NCBI GenBank assembly: GCA_012295275.1
Contig: CM022674.1
Location: 6,758,001 to 6,822,000, forward strand
Reading direction: 5' to 3'
Source of the DNA: Chrysomallon squamiferum
Lineage: Eukaryota; Animalia; Mollusca
DNA: 64,000 nucleotides
A program made the translations under genes and the position numbers. Positions 1 through 33,449 of the stretch are shown here, one piece after another. The notes beneath the pieces are model-generated. The model had not been told where the DNA came from. It saw nothing but the letters and a program-made list of their open reading frames with translations, and made no database searches. Position 1 is the first letter of the stretch, and each line of letters starts with the position of its first letter.

Positions 1-382
1 CAGCATCAATAACACCAGCAACAGCAGCAGCAGCAGCAACAACAAGAACAACAAAACCACTACTATTACTATTACTATCGGAACAATAATAAATGAATAG
101 TTTGATAATGATGATGATAATATTAACAGCAGCAGTCGTAGTGGTAGTATGTAGCAGTAGTAGTCGTCGCTGTTGTTGCTGTAGTAGCTGTAGTAGTAGT
201 AGTGATAGTAGTTGTAGTAATAGACAGATAGATAAACACATAGACAGATGGACAGATGGAAAGACAGACGGAGGTAAAGTTATATAATTTTTAATACTAA
301 CAAATTTAAATCATAATAAAAGAAAGGAGACTAAAATAAAAGAGAATCGTTTTGCTATATTATACAATCATAGCAACAATAG

Positions 383-465
<83 letters not shown>

Positions 466-525
466 TATATATACACAGTTAAATATATTTTAAATACTCA
501 GTAGAATAATGTGATTATTAGATAA

Positions 526-573
<48 letters not shown>

Positions 574-1702
574 TATAATAATAAATGGGACCAATAAATT
601 CCGAAAATCATTAAAATAATGAAAATATTAGAATTAAAATAAAATAATAATAAATAAATAAATAAATAAATAAATTATTGGAAAAATCAATTCAGTTAAT
701 CAATAAAATAATATTAAAATTAAACGTACAATCAAATAATGGTGGTATATTAAAAATCAAATTAAACATGGCGGAACAATTCATTCATATCGCTATCGAT
801 CGGAGGAGACCAGCGAATGGGAAATGTAAAGATTAGAATTTTTGTAATAAAAAGACATATTCAGAAATCGTCTGCTTTGTTTCTGTCTGCCGGTCTATCG
901 GCATTCATAACTGGCTGCTAGATCAATTATGACGTCGATAAATTTTGCGCTGACAATTCGATGACAACTTTGTAGTTACCGCGAGACAGCAGACGACACT
1001 TCATTGTTTGTTTCAGACCTGGGGGGAGAGGACACGGAATGACTTTTAGCGGACATGTTCGAAAGATGTGCGTTGTCAGATAATTTCTAGAAAGTTGCAG
1101 ATATTTGTAGTAGTTTTCAAAAAAAAAAAAAAAAAGACTTGAAAAACCTGTTGGAAGTGATTGTTTTAAAAATAAAAAAAAAAAAAAAAAAGTTGATTTT
1201 TTTTTTGTTGTAATCTGCAAAGTGCTTCTTACTGAAGAACAATGAAGAAAAATATGATGAATGCTAACAGATCGGATTACTATGACAACGGTTTGAAGGT
1301 CAGTCGAAAATCAGAAATGAAGTTATACAAATTTTGATTATATCAGATAAAAGTTTATAAATAAAAATTCTTAATTTTAAAGCAAGCATCTAGGCATTTA
1401 TTTACTTGTAGAAACGAGACATTATTTTGTTCACGCATAATCGTGCGTATGTGTGTTCGTTGAAATCACTTTATTATTAAAAAAATCAAAAAATCTTACA
1501 ATATAAGTAATATATTTATGAACTATTAGTTAGTTAAGCATATTCTAATATTCGTATTCATATAGATGTAGTTTATTTACCTATTTTAATATTAAAATTG
1601 TTTGTTTCATCAGTGATACCATAAATAAAATGTAAAAGATTTAATAATCCCAGAATAGTAATAACAACAACAACAATAATAATAGTAGTAGCAGTAGTAG
1701 TG

Positions 1703-1760
<58 letters not shown>

Positions 1761-2247
1761 ATTAAATAATTCTAAAAATATTTACTTACCTATGATAATG
1801 TTCTCAAATTTGTCATCGTGATATCCTTGTGAACTGTTATGACATAATAACAATGGTATCCCAAGATGACGTCATAACAACTGTATCTAAGAAATGATGT
1901 TGTAACAATGTTATTTCTATTTATAAATATATGAGGTAAAGTTCTCTTTCTATTTTTAACTTTCTGTCTAACTATCTATCTGCCTTATTATCCATCTATT
2001 TATATATCATTTTATGCATAACTTTTATTCATTTGTTTAGTCTTCTTCAGATTAATTCTGATATATACGTGGACAAACGTACACACAGAGATATACATAT
2101 ATGTTCAACGTACACACATATACATGCACATAAGTAGTACATATATGCATTCAAACATCCATACATTCATCCATTAACATATACATGCATGCATACATAC
2201 ATACATACATACCATATCTTCAAATATACATATATAGTTACATACAA

Positions 2248-2279
<32 letters not shown>

Positions 2280-2634
2280 TCATAATGCAATGCTATTTTA
2301 CGGTATTTTTCTTCTGTAAATACCATAACCGTTTCAGAATGTGTTATCATTACTATTTCATGTTTTACATGAAGCTGGGTATCATTTTTAACTTTCTGAG
2401 GTTTCATGTTACAAGTTATTTTATTTCGCATGTCTACTATGTCATATTACAAAGCACATTAACAGGATTAGGAAGTTTCAATTTTAAAAATCAACTATTA
2501 TAAAGATAAATCATTTTTAAAATTATAAAAATTAAAGTAGTCTGAGACAAAGATTAATTTATTACAGAGAATTATAGGTTTAATTTGATATATGTATGTT
2601 TGTTGCTGTTGTTTTGTTATTTCTGTTGTTGTTG

Positions 2635-2733
<99 letters not shown>

Positions 2734-2778
2734 GTATCTAAAACCACCGTAATACTAATTCAGTATTTATTTATTTAT

Positions 2779-2828
<50 letters not shown>

Positions 2829-2942
2829 ATCTATTTATTTATTTATTATTAATAATATTTTTGTTCTGATTTAGCATTGATTGATTTTCATTGTTTCTTT
2901 CTCACTTTATTTATTTATTTATTTATTTATTTATATATTTGT

Positions 2943-2981
<39 letters not shown>

Positions 2982-3591
2982 TTATTATTATTAAGAACTG
3001 TTTGATTGTATTTGTTTCTTTGTTTTTACTCTTTATTAATTTCTTTTATTATTATTTTATATTTGTATCTATCTATTTATTTTTTTTTATTCCTCGTTTT
3101 CTCTACACACTGCAGGTCTTTTTTTTTTTTTTTTTTTTTTTTTCTAAGTATATTAAAACAAACAAAGATGTTTACGATAAAAACACTTTTCTTATTTACC
3201 ACTAACACCCCGTTATGTACTAACAAGATTTGTGTTGTATTCTTAATGGAGCTTTTAAAATCTTATTGAGAAACGTAGATTTCGAGATGAAACCAAATCT
3301 ATTATTGCACACGAAGAAAGCAGACATACTAAGTGTGAGGGCGTTGTTGTCACGTGACATGCTTTGTAGACGTAGAAGTGGCAGTTGTAAATGTAATAAT
3401 TGAAATAGTTAGCAGTATAACTCCATTATACTCCATCCGTACATCCTTCTGTGGGTCCAGTCATTAACTCTTAATACATCTTTCCGTCCTGTATTAAATT
3501 ATAAAACAACACATGCATGTATGTATGTATGTATGTATGTATGTATGTATGTATGTATGTATGTATGTATGTATGTATATATGTATGTGTC

Positions 3592-3632
<41 letters not shown>

Positions 3633-4415
3633 TTGTATTTATATTTATATCAATGCATTTTTACATCCATACACTAACTGGTCTCTTCCATCCTGTTTGT
3701 TATCCTGTGTGTTTGTCTGTTTGTCTGTACGTATGTATTTTAAAAAAAATATTTTCTTACTTTATACTATCTGCATCCTAGGCGAATATTATACACACGT
3801 ATTCATTGTCGTTAATATATTTTGCGATCTTTTTATGCATAAACTCATATTCCTCAAAACCGTCTTCATTTCATCACAATCTGTCTAATTCAGAATTTAC
3901 TTCTGACAACTGTCTAAATTCTCCGTGAAGCGTACATTTGCTCATCTCTCGCCTTTTGATGTCGTCGCAGCGTGTCTAACGTCGTTTAATGCGAAGACTG
4001 CGTGACTGTCGTCTTCTAATGACAAACTCACGCCACGTTCAGCCGAAACGGAAGTGATGTATTAAGAGGCGGAAGCGATTCGCTTCGTTTCGTTCTGGTA
4101 CTAACTGCTAGACACGCTAGTGATTCAGCAGAGCAAACCGATTGTTATCTGATGCAGACAAAAAATTAATTTTGAGGAATTAATGGCCTGAGTTTAAGTT
4201 TCTAATATCCACAGACACTTAACAAATTTCATTAAAGGCCTACGTTAAAGATTTTAACCTTTTTTTTTTAAATGATATATCAAATTACACAATATATTTT
4301 AATACTAATAGTATATCAGAATATATATAGATTATAAACATACACTCACTCACAGACACACACTCGCACGCACAGACGTATATAAATATGTAATATCACA
4401 CGTTATAAATACTCA

Positions 4416-4540
<125 letters not shown>

Positions 4541-5559
4541 TTTAACTGAATAATTAGAAGTAAATAATATATGTTTAGAAAGCATGCAAGAAAGGAAATA
4601 GCCGTGGTCATCACAATAAACTTGCATAATGCTTGTGACGTCACTGTTACATAACGTATAAATATTAGATAGAGAATTTACGTAATATACTACAGGAAAA
4701 GAAACCAAGAAACCGAATAATAGATATAAAAAAAAATAAATAAATAAATAAATAAAGAAGAGAAAGCAAAAACAGTTGAAACTTTAATCAAATTTTTACA
4801 ACAACATACGCCAATTCTTGATTTATATAACAATCAAATTCGATATAACTGTTAAAATACTGCTATCGTAAGTTTGATTCAGCTAAACCAGATAACTCAG
4901 AATTGATTAAAAGAAAAAAAAGACGTCGCCAGAATAAAAGGTGAATTTATTATTGATGAAGACTTTAGGCTTCTTTTCTTTTTTTTTTTTTTTTTTAGCC
5001 CGGAAACAATGACACGTGATTGTGTGTTATATCTCCACTACGTGTTTAAATAAACACCTTTATGTTCTTGTGGCTAGATTTACACAGAGAACCTATTCAA
5101 TTGTTGTTTGTTTAATTTTTAAAATTTTATTTGATATTTTAAAAAAAATACATAAATAAATAATACAAATAAATAAATAAATAAAATAAAATAAAATAAA
5201 ATAAAATAAAATAAAATAAAATAAAATAAAATAAAAATAAGTTATTAATACTCTTAGAATTGAGAAACATTTGATGCCAACTTGAAGCTTAGGAAAAAAA
5301 AGTATCTCGCTAAATTACGATATTAATTTTGCACGTTTCATTCTCCCGTGAATTAACTTCACTCATCTCCGAGTAAACAGTTAACCGATTTTTGAATTAC
5401 TGTTGAAGTCAACACGATGAAAATAGTAATAACAATTATGTGTTGTTTGTAATAAACACTTAATTGATTACTGTTATTGTGTGGCAAGTGATAGGAAAAT
5501 TCTGCCTCTCAACAGATTAATTTCTAATGGCTTTCTAGCCAGTATCCGAAAGAATCAAC

Positions 5560-5820
5560 AACACAGCAAAATACAAACTAATACGATACAACACAATATA
5601 ATATAACAGAGTGTAATACAGCAAAATATAATAAGTGGTATAATGCAGCACAGTTCAGTGCAAAAAAACAGAATGTAATACAATTTAATACAATAAAGTC
5701 TAATTCAATAAAATATACTAAGTGATGTAATACAGCATAGTCAAGTTCAATACAATAAAATGTAATACAATACAATATTAAACAATGTAATACAACAAAC
5801 TATAATAAATGATGTAGTGC
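5560..5820. repeat. Degenerate (AATAC)n pentanucleotide repeat
   Basis: 5-bp periodic AATAC/AATAT/AATGT pattern. Confidence 0.75.
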
Positions 5821-6226
5821 AAATCTGACGCAATGGTAATAACAATGTGTACATTTTTATCTCTTCCTGCATTTACAGTACAGAAGAATATTAATATTTA
5901 CAAGTGTAAAAATTGTATGTTGATATGAAAGACATACTGTAAATAAGGAAACAATATAGTAGTATTAGAAGTAGAAGCCTTTGCTGTTGTAGCAGTATTA
6001 ACAGTAAATAAATGATGACGAGAACAGCAGCAGTAAATCAATAATAGTAATAACGATGATGTTGATGATGATGATAATTATAACGTAAACAGTTATAATA
6101 AATGCAACTAATAAATGAATATATTAATTAATAATAAACCTGGAAAATATTTTGACTTTAGTAATACATGTTCACTGAATAAATAAATAAATAATAGTAA
6201 TAGTAATAATGATGATGATAATAACA

Positions 6227-6266
<40 letters not shown>

Positions 6267-7691
6267 AGATAAATAAAGAAATAAATAAAACTTTACATAT
6301 AAAATAAAGGAATGCATGAATTTAAAATCTGTATTATTAGTGACGTCACGTTTAGGTTAGTACCATGTTCTGTTTTCATTCATTATCTCTAATATTATTA
6401 ATACATACTTTAAATTAGTTTCAAGCTTTTTTTTTCTGTTTTTATAATTTCTCTCTGAGATACGAACAATAGGACGACACCAAACACAGAATTGTTGTTA
6501 CGCTTGTTTATTCACTTTGTTGTGGCGACCAGTGGAATCAGTCTCGATTCACTAGTTCGTTTTGTACTAATATCTCCGCCATTATGTCATAGCCGTAGCT
6601 AATATAATCGGCCATTTACGTAATCGATTCGTTATTTGTCGGCATCGATCGGTTCGTACAACACCGTTCACTGGTGCTTTTCTTTTCTTTCTCATTTTGC
6701 TGTTTACTTTATTAAATAATAAACAGACAGTTTTTAAATGTAGCATTTAGGTCTGTTTACCTCATAGGTCATGTTTATTTTGGTTGCCAAGCGGAGAAAA
6801 AATGCACTGACGAAGTTATTTCAGTAAAACGGGATTATTAAATTACTTCATCATTTTTTAAAATTTATTATTATTATTATTATTAGTGTTATAAGGATTA
6901 TTTTAAAAAAAGAAAGAAAAGAAATAGGTATATAAAAATATTATATTTGATTTGTCTGTGTTTTTGTTTATTTGTTTGTTTTGTTTTGTTTTTTTTTCTT
7001 TTTTCTTTTTATTTATTTATTTATATATATATTTTTTTATTTTTCAGCTTATGAGTGTTTCTTTCTTTTTCTTTTTTCCATTAAAAAATCATTTTCCTAT
7101 TTTTGTTTAGTCTTTAAACATGTTTTATAGATATGTCATTATTAAATAAATTGTTGTTGTTGTTGTTGCTATATGCTTATCTGTCTGTATATAATATATT
7201 TACCATTTATGTCGAACTTTTAAGAACTATAATTATTAAACTGTAAACAAGAAACATCAATCAGCAAACGCGCTTTCAGACATCAGTATCGACTCAAACA
7301 AATAAATAAAATAATAACTAAACCCCTTAAAAAAAAACTCGCCATTAAAAAAAATCGACTTTTTAGAACAATAAAATAGACAAACAAAATCGAAAGCGAT
7401 CGAAAGTGAAGCCATGCTGGAGTGTCTAAAGTATAGTATGATAATATTTGTATGTAAGTAAACCGGACTGAACTGGAGAAGCGACGATCGCGTTCGAGCG
7501 TGCTTAGAAGGTTACCTGCGCACTATCAGTAGTATCATAGCAATAACACAATAACATATCGAACACGGACATATAGCGTAAAATAGAAAGTCAATATGGA
7601 CTCGTGTGTTTAAAATAAAATATATTAGTCAGAAAGATACAAAATAACAAGTCTATGTTATATGTGTAATACAGTTATTAATTATTTTCCT

Positions 7692-7820
7692 GGGGTGACG
7701 TAAGCGGCTGAAAGTTAATCCAGTGGCTATAAAAGGAAAGACCAACGCAAGATCGATTTAGGATCGATGCCCAGTGGTGGCCAGTAATATTATTTTCAGA
7801 TCTAACCACTGTCGATTGAT
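7692..7820 (+). mobile_element. Possible degenerate tRNA-derived SINE head
   Basis: GC-richer island GGGG...CCAGTGG (A-box-like) ... AGGATCGATGCCC (B-box-like); no tail or target-site duplication identified. Confidence 0.3.
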
Positions 7821-8672
7821 TTAATCAAATATATTGGCAGGTTTAGTCTTTCTGTGGGAAACATTAACTTAAAATATGTTTTATTCCCATGTGATATCCA
7901 GATTGAAACTGTTAAGACATTTTATTGTTTCAGTATAGAATGAGATGGACACAGTCGTTTACTGATACATTTAATATCACGCATTGCGATATCTCTCTCT
8001 ATATATATATATACATACATACACATATAGACAGACAAATACACACACATACACATATATATGCATACTTACATACATATACATACATATGCACCATTTA
8101 TTGTCCTCTCTTTCTCTCATTTTCTCTCGTTCACATACAACCACCCACCCACATACGAGAAAACACCATAATACTTTTTAATTATTTATTTTCTCTCCTT
8201 CCTTGTTCGACATGCTTATAAAAACACAGCTAGAACAGGTGACCAAAAGCTCAAGTATGATCAGTTCGTAATAGAACTTTTGTTATAACACTCCTTATTT
8301 TCTAATAACCCGTGCTGCAGTCATTTTACGTTCAAATAAAGAAGAACGTCAAGATATTTGAAGTCTGGTATCGATGGACGCTTTTTGTCTAGTTTTTCAT
8401 TGTTGTATTGTGCTGGTGATTATTTGTACACTGTAGAAATGTCACAAGAATTCTCGGGAGTAATTATTAATATCCTCAATGACAGGAGATATCAGTGTCG
8501 TTTGGCTGCGTCTTGGTATTGAAATAACACGTAGATGATATTTACAATATTATTATTATTATTATTTTTTTTTTGTCTGGGGGTGGTGGTGGTTATATGA
8601 GATGTAGCGCCAAGGAAATACCAAGGTAACACTCCTTGCCTTGATTGTTAGTTACTTATACATATACGTTTA

Positions 8673-9071
<399 letters not shown>

Positions 9072-10581
9072 TTCATTTGGAAATAATCAAACCAGTCAGA
9101 AACCATGATTAAATATGCCAGAGCGTCTCATATAACATATTTGTAATAATAATTACTTTGTCGTCTGCTTGTACCATATTTGAGTTTGCGTGCTATGGTC
9201 AGGTTTTGTCCTAGTCCAGAAAAGAAAAAAAATATCTATGAATAGTAAGGGGAAAAAAATACTGAAAAAATGCACCTCGTTACACTCAAATATTTACGCA
9301 AATCAGTTCTTCAGTTTGACTTTCTGTGACAGCACCAAACTTACGTTTGCTTACAACAAAGTCACATTAGCTTTGTGAGATTTCTTCTTTGAAAGGGAGA
9401 AAGATTCTTCCAGTGGAGCTAAATATATTTTCGCAAAGTTTGAGCGATAATGCGAAAAAGACGTCTTTTAACCGATGGACAAACATTCAGACGGAAGAGC
9501 GGATGTGAATTTTATAACGAATTCGTGAATCAAACGATTCAAGATGGGAACTAAGAATTGTGATGCTCTCTAGATTTCGGCGGAAATTAAGATATCGATT
9601 TAATATAGATCAAAACGTATTCAAACATTACGATGTGATTTTTTTTCATTTTATTTTATTACAGTAACACTGGATTTTTATAAATAATATATTACCGAAA
9701 AAATGGAAAAAGTTAAGTGAAACAAGAATAATACATTTTAAAATGTATTTGTGCGAATCTAGAAAAAGAAATTAAAAAACAAAAGAGAACAGAACAAATA
9801 AAAAACAGATAAATAAATAAATAAAAATAAATAAACAAGTACACAGAAGTAGGCGAAGTACGAACTCTTATACATAACATTTACAATTCAAACGAAAACG
9901 ACGTAGACAGGATATTTCTAGATGAATTATGTTACTACAGCAGTAGATGTTTTGAACATATGTATTATAAATTAGCTTCTGTTGTTCATATTTCGTATTC
10001 TCCTTCATTGTGCATGTTTACCCTGAACAGACATTTGTGTGTTGTACGTGTATTGTACGTGTATTGTACGTGTATTGTTAACATATCTTCATTGTGTAGG
10101 TGTATATTGTTAACAAATGAAATGCCTCTAGGCGCATATTCTGCTATGAAGTGAACTTTTACATGTTTGGACATGTAAAAACGAACATAATGATATAAAA
10201 TAACTGATTGTTCTAAGCAGAGAGAAAGAGAACAAGAAAAATATTTAATTATTTATATTGCTTTTTTTGTTGTGACTTTTTGAACGCCAACTGTGTTGAA
10301 CGACTAACGCTGTAATTTAACGTATTAAGGCTCATTTGAAAATATGTGTAATGCGACGGGAATAGACTCTTCTGCCTAATAAAACAAATAAAAAAACTGT
10401 TAGATATAAATTTGTATGAGTAAATTAAGTTAATGTTTTATTTCTGTATATGGAATATATTAAAAATATTAAGCCTAGTAGTTTGGAAATAAAAAACAAA
10501 TTAAAATTTCGGATCCTAAAATAAAGGAAATGAAGGTAAAATATCTTTGGTGAAGAACATGATTTTGAACGTACTAATACA

Positions 10582-27325
<16,744 letters not shown>

Positions 27326-27330
27326 GCGCA

Positions 27331-27352
27331 TGACGTCAGTTACCATGACAAC
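27331..27352. promoter_or_regulatory. Adjacent CRE (TGACGTCA) and X-box-like (GTTACCATGACAAC) motifs just after the EML stop codon
   Basis: TGACGTCA at 27331-27338 directly followed by GTTACCATGACAAC at 27339-27352. Confidence 0.4.
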
Positions 27353-28215
27353 GGAGAATCAGTGACGACAATCCACTCCACTACGAAATATGAACATCGT
27401 GTTTGAACCAATCAAAATAATTTTTTAAAAATATCTCTTCTTTAAATCTTTTTTTAAATTGTTGAAATAGCGTAATAATTACACACGTAATTAATGTACA
27501 CAGAACAAACTGAACTTTTCTTACAAATACTCGTGACGTAATTAATAATCGCTAACTGTTGGTTAGTGATTGGTCAGTTACTTGTACGACGTAATGAACT
27601 GTTGATTACGTCATTAAGACTGTTATTCTGGTCTGTTAATGTAGACTTAATTGTTATTAGTTCTTTTTTGATTTTATTCGATACTGAAGTCATTTCTAAT
27701 ATAATAAAAAAAATTAAAAAGTAGTTAAATAATAATAATAATAATAACAAACAAACAAACAAACAAACAAATAAGATATCTACAAACAGAAATATACAAA
27801 CGTACATAAAACACAAAAGGATTCACAAATCATTACACAAAAAGAATGTAACACTGTGAAACAAAAAAATTTGTTTTCATTTATCAGCCTTGACTGAATA
27901 CTGTTTCTCGTTGTTTGTTTTTTGTTTTCTAGTTCATACTATGGGTGTCTGCATTTCATCTACTGGTAGTAAAAAAAATATATATATCTCCACTATTTCA
28001 TTAATATCGATGTGCCTTTTTAGATCTTTCAGTGCCTTTTTCTTTTTAATCTGAGTTCAACTTTTCTACATCACAAGATATGTGTTGTGTTTTTTTTATT
28101 GAACTTAAGGCAAATGTAAAGCAATTTTTTGTTTTTCTTACTGGCAATAATATATTTTCCTAAATGTTTTTTCTTTTATGTTTGGCATAAAGACTATTAA
28201 GATTAATGAATTAAC

Positions 28216-28262
<47 letters not shown>

Positions 28263-29197
28263 GGAGTTGGTAAATTTGATGATGTCTGTTTGTTGTTCTT
28301 GTGAATACTTTTTGTAAATGTTGTGATTAGTAAATGTCATTTTAAAATCTGGTAACTAATTTTCAGATTTAATGCAATTGTTATTAAACTTTTAATTTAA
28401 TATTTCCAAATTTTAGATATCAAATATAGTTCAACGTTTTAATTTTTTATTATTATTATTATTTTTTTTTTTTTTAAAACGTAGAATTTGTTTATATTGC
28501 AACCTTTTTCCTAGCACCAAATATTTTAATATTATTATTATTAATTTTTCTTTTTTTGTGCGTTTAGAGTTTTATTAAGGCCATTATAAATAAATTATTA
28601 ATTTTTCAGTCCCTTCCCTTTTTTAAGTTAATAATATATTAAATAATCACATTTGTCCTTTACATAAAACCTCACCTTGCTACAGTTCTTTGTTGTCGAT
28701 AGAAAAAAAAAATGGGCGAAACCGGGTATTTAATTTATAATGGCCTAATTAAGAAAACTGATGTTAGATTTAAACTGCGAAAATAAATTCAGGGTAAATT
28801 TTTTAAATTCCTGTTTCGAATCATTCAAAGCGATCTGTGATATTGCTAGGTTACGTGTTTTTGTTTATTTATTTATTTATTTATTTGTGTGAGTGTTAGA
28901 TTTACTCGTCACGTGGTTGTTTACATTATTTAAACAGGCCACTACAATTAAACTAGAACAGTATTTTCTCTTCAGCGTCTGCGCACGTGTTAAACATGCT
29001 TAGTTACACTGTGTCTGTGTGTGTGTTTGATATCTTTGTCATTTCTCAAAGAAATTAACTTTAATTTTTTTAAATATTCGGTGAAGTGAAAACTTACTAA
29101 CATTATTCCTTCTCTAAATAGTTTAATGGTCAACTTTTGCAAATTTCGTTTTCTTAATTTGAAGTCTGTGAATGTTTATATAGTTCTGAAGTATTAA

Positions 29198-29264
<67 letters not shown>

Positions 29265-29986
29265 TTATTATTATTTCTAAAGTTATTTATATACGCATTT
29301 TTCTAATACTGTAATGCAATTTATATGTCACAGCACTCTGTAAAAAAATGTGTATAATATTTATTAATTCCGTCCATTTTCGCCATTTGTTGTTGATGTA
29401 TTTGTTTATAAACTTCAACAGTTAAGAATAGTCTAATGTTATTTATTTGTTTTAATTATTAAGTTGGCTGTCTTTGTTAAAATATCTGCAATAAAAAGAA
29501 AATTAATTTAATTATCTTGGTTGCTTTTTTTTTTTTTCGTTATTTTATTATAGAGGTAGGTTGTTGCATATTTATTATGTCTCATTTAGGCATTTATATT
29601 CCATTAGATTCTTTAAAAATAAAAAAATAAATAAAAAAATGTATAATATTTACATTAATATCTGAATATAAAAAGTGTGTGTCTGTGAGTGTGAAAATTA
29701 ATATTTACAGACAAAAAATATTCGGTATATATTCATACAAACATATCTACTAACACGAACACAAAAACAAATATACACACCCACATACACTTATATCGTC
29801 ACTTAAAAAATAAATATTTAGCAAGTTTTATTTCCCACGTTTTAATTTAAAAGTCAATTGTAAGTCTAGGATTGCCTTTGACCTACAATTACAGTTAACA
29901 TCTGTTATGACAGGTCATTTTAATTTTACTTTTATTCAGTATACGGACACTAGACTGTTTTATCATGCAAGTGACAAGAAGCAAGT

Positions 29987-30507
29987 CTAGCACCAGCCTG
30001 GCGACCACGTGTTGTTATAGAGAGCCGGGTCGCTCTTTGGGTCAGGAAAAATGGGGAAGTTCGGAGGAACTTCTTGTTTCTTGTACTCGTTTAGCCTCGT
30101 TTTCATCTTCGCCACGATGTCCGGAAACTTCTGTGAAAGATCGTTATGTTCCGTAGGATCGTCTGCAAAAGAAATGAAATACTGATTTTTAATATTTTTA
30201 AATTCAGTATTTTAGAAATAATAGATGGATGGATGGACGAATACATTGAGATAGTGACAGATATGCAGACACATGGACATACTGATAGATGTATTATATA
30301 TATATATATATAGATAGAGAGAGATATCAATCGATAAAGATATCAGATAGATAAGAAGACAGAGGGATAGACAGATAGACAGTAATGCAGACAGACAGAC
30401 AGAAATACAAATAGGTGAATAGACAGTCTGTTAAACAGCCAGATATACAGATAATAGAAGTAAACTGATGATGGAAGTACAAACACATCGAAAAAAGAAC
30501 AGATCTG

Positions 30508-30593
<86 letters not shown>

Positions 30594-30724
30594 CACATTA
30601 AATAAAGACTACCTTTAATGTTAAAGAGCTGGTATGTGTAAAACGGATAGGGTTTTCCTGTCACCTGGTCTTGTTTTACTGGAAAGTTTTCAGCTGGCTG
30701 CTGTGATTTGGAATTACCCATTCT

Positions 30725-30790
<66 letters not shown>

Positions 30791-31376
30791 TAACAATTAT
30801 AATAATAAAGAAAAATGACCACCACTGTGTTATTATTTTTACCTCTACTACAATTACTATTATAATTATTACTATCACTACTACTACTATTACTCAGTAA
30901 TAATAATGAGAGAGACAGAGAGAGTAATAATAATGTAATATATAATAATAAGAAAATGAATAAAGAGAAATATGACAAAAATATTTTACTTATCTGTATT
31001 TACCAAAAGCACCCACCTTAAAGAGGCGTGGCCCTTCAAATGTGGGATGTGAACGTCCAGTTTATCCTCGAACTCTGATTTCTTAGATCGAGAGTCCGTA
31101 CTGATGTCTGTCCATAACTTCATCCCATCTCCAGATGTGTCTATAATAATAATAATAGTAGTTGTAATAGTAATAGTATCAGTACTAATAGTAGTCGTAG
31201 TAATAGTAATAATACAAACAGACAGACAGACAGACAGAAATACAAATAGACAAACAGAGAGATAGCAAAAGAAAAAGTAGTGTGAGGATACACCTAAAAG
31301 CAAAATAAATAAATAAATAAACAAATAAATACAAAATAAATAAATAAATAAACAAATAAATAAATAAATAACAAAA

Positions 31377-31407
<31 letters not shown>

Positions 31408-31615
31408 GAGGGTAAATCAGTAAGAGAGAGAGAGACTACCTTTAATGTTAAAGAGCTGGTTTGTGTAAAACAGATTTGATTTTCCTGTCGGCTGATCTTC
31501 TCTTACTGGGTGGTTTTCAGCTGACTGCTGAGGTTTGTACCAGTCCGGAAACAGACCTGGATAACCTTCCACCAGTTTATAATCACCCATTCTGTAATAA
31601 TAACAATAATAATAC

Positions 31616-31678
<63 letters not shown>

Positions 31679-32140
31679 TAATAACAATAACAACAACAAA
31701 CAACTGCTGTTACTTTTACATCTATTACTACTGTTTCTACTAATTCCACTACAACTACCACCATTACTACTACTAATAATAATAACAACAACAACAATAA
31801 TAATAATGTAACAATTATAATAATAAAGAAACATCCCCACTATTACCACTACCAATACAACAAATACTACTTTCGCCACCACCACCTCCACTACTACTAC
31901 TACTTCTAACAACAGCAATAACAATGTAATAAATACAATAATAAGAAAGCCAATAATGTGAAATATGATGTAAATATTCTATTCCCAGTTATCTGTATAC
32001 CCCCAAAGCGCCCACCTCAAAGCGGCGTGGCCCTCTAAAGGTGGGAAACGGCTGTCCAGGTTATACACGAACTCTGTCCTGCTGGATGGAGAACCCGTAC
32101 TGATGTCTGTCCATAAGTTCATCCCATCTCCTGATGTGTC

Positions 32141-32183
<43 letters not shown>

Positions 32184-32738
32184 GTAGTAGTAGTAGTAAT
32201 AGTAATAATACAAGTAATAATACAAGTAATAATACAAGTAATAATACAAGTAATAATACAAGTAATAATAATAGTAATAATAATAATAATAATAGTAATA
32301 ATATTAATAGAAATAATAATAATAGTAATAGTAATAATAATAATAATAGTAATAATAATAATAATAATAGTAATAATAATAGTAATAAAAGAATAATAAA
32401 TAATTTAATAATAATAGTAAGTAATACAAAAATAATAATAATAGTACTTAATAATTTAATAAAAATAATAATGATAATAATAGTAATTAATAACTTAATA
32501 ATAACTTAATAATAATAATTTATAATAATAATAATTTAATTATAATAATAATAAAAAGAATAATAAATAATTTAATAATAGTAGTAATTAATAACAAAAA
32601 TAACAGTAGTAATTAATAATTTAATAATAACAACAATAATTTTTAATAATAATAATAATTTAATTATAATAATACCAATTTATAATAATAATAACAATTT
32701 AATTATAATAATAATAATTTAATAATAATAATAATAAT

Positions 32739-32795
<57 letters not shown>

Positions 32796-33404
32796 GTAAT
32801 AGTTTAACAGAATAAGAATTAAAATAGGTAAAGTAAAAGAAATAAAGATAATTATAAATTATAAAATGTTTTTATTTCTTTGTACCCGGGTCTCCGCCTG
32901 CAGCTGCTACAATCGTAGGCGTCCAGTCCACGACGTGCATCAGTCTGTGTGTACAAATGTCTGTCATCAGTTTTAATACATAACACACACTTGTGTACGT
33001 ATGTATGTATGTCTGTGTGTACAAATGTCTGTCATCAGTTTTAATACATTACACGCACTTGTGTACGTATGTATGTATGTCTGTGTGTACAAATGTCTGT
33101 CATCAGTTTTAATACATTACACGCACTTGTGTACGTATGTGCATGTATGTGTGTGTGTACAAATGTCTGTCATCAGTTTTAATATACAACACAATACATT
33201 GCACACACTTGTGTACGTGTATGTATGTATGTGTGTGTGTGTACAAATGTCTGTCATCAGTTTTAATATACAGCAAAATGTGTAACTGTGTGTGTGTATA
33301 TATATATGTGTGTGTTTGTGTGTGTGTGTGTATATATGTGTGTGTTTGTGTGTGTGTGTGTATATATGTGTGTGTTTGTGTGTGTGTATATATATGTGTA
33401 TGTA

Positions 33405-33449
<45 letters not shown>

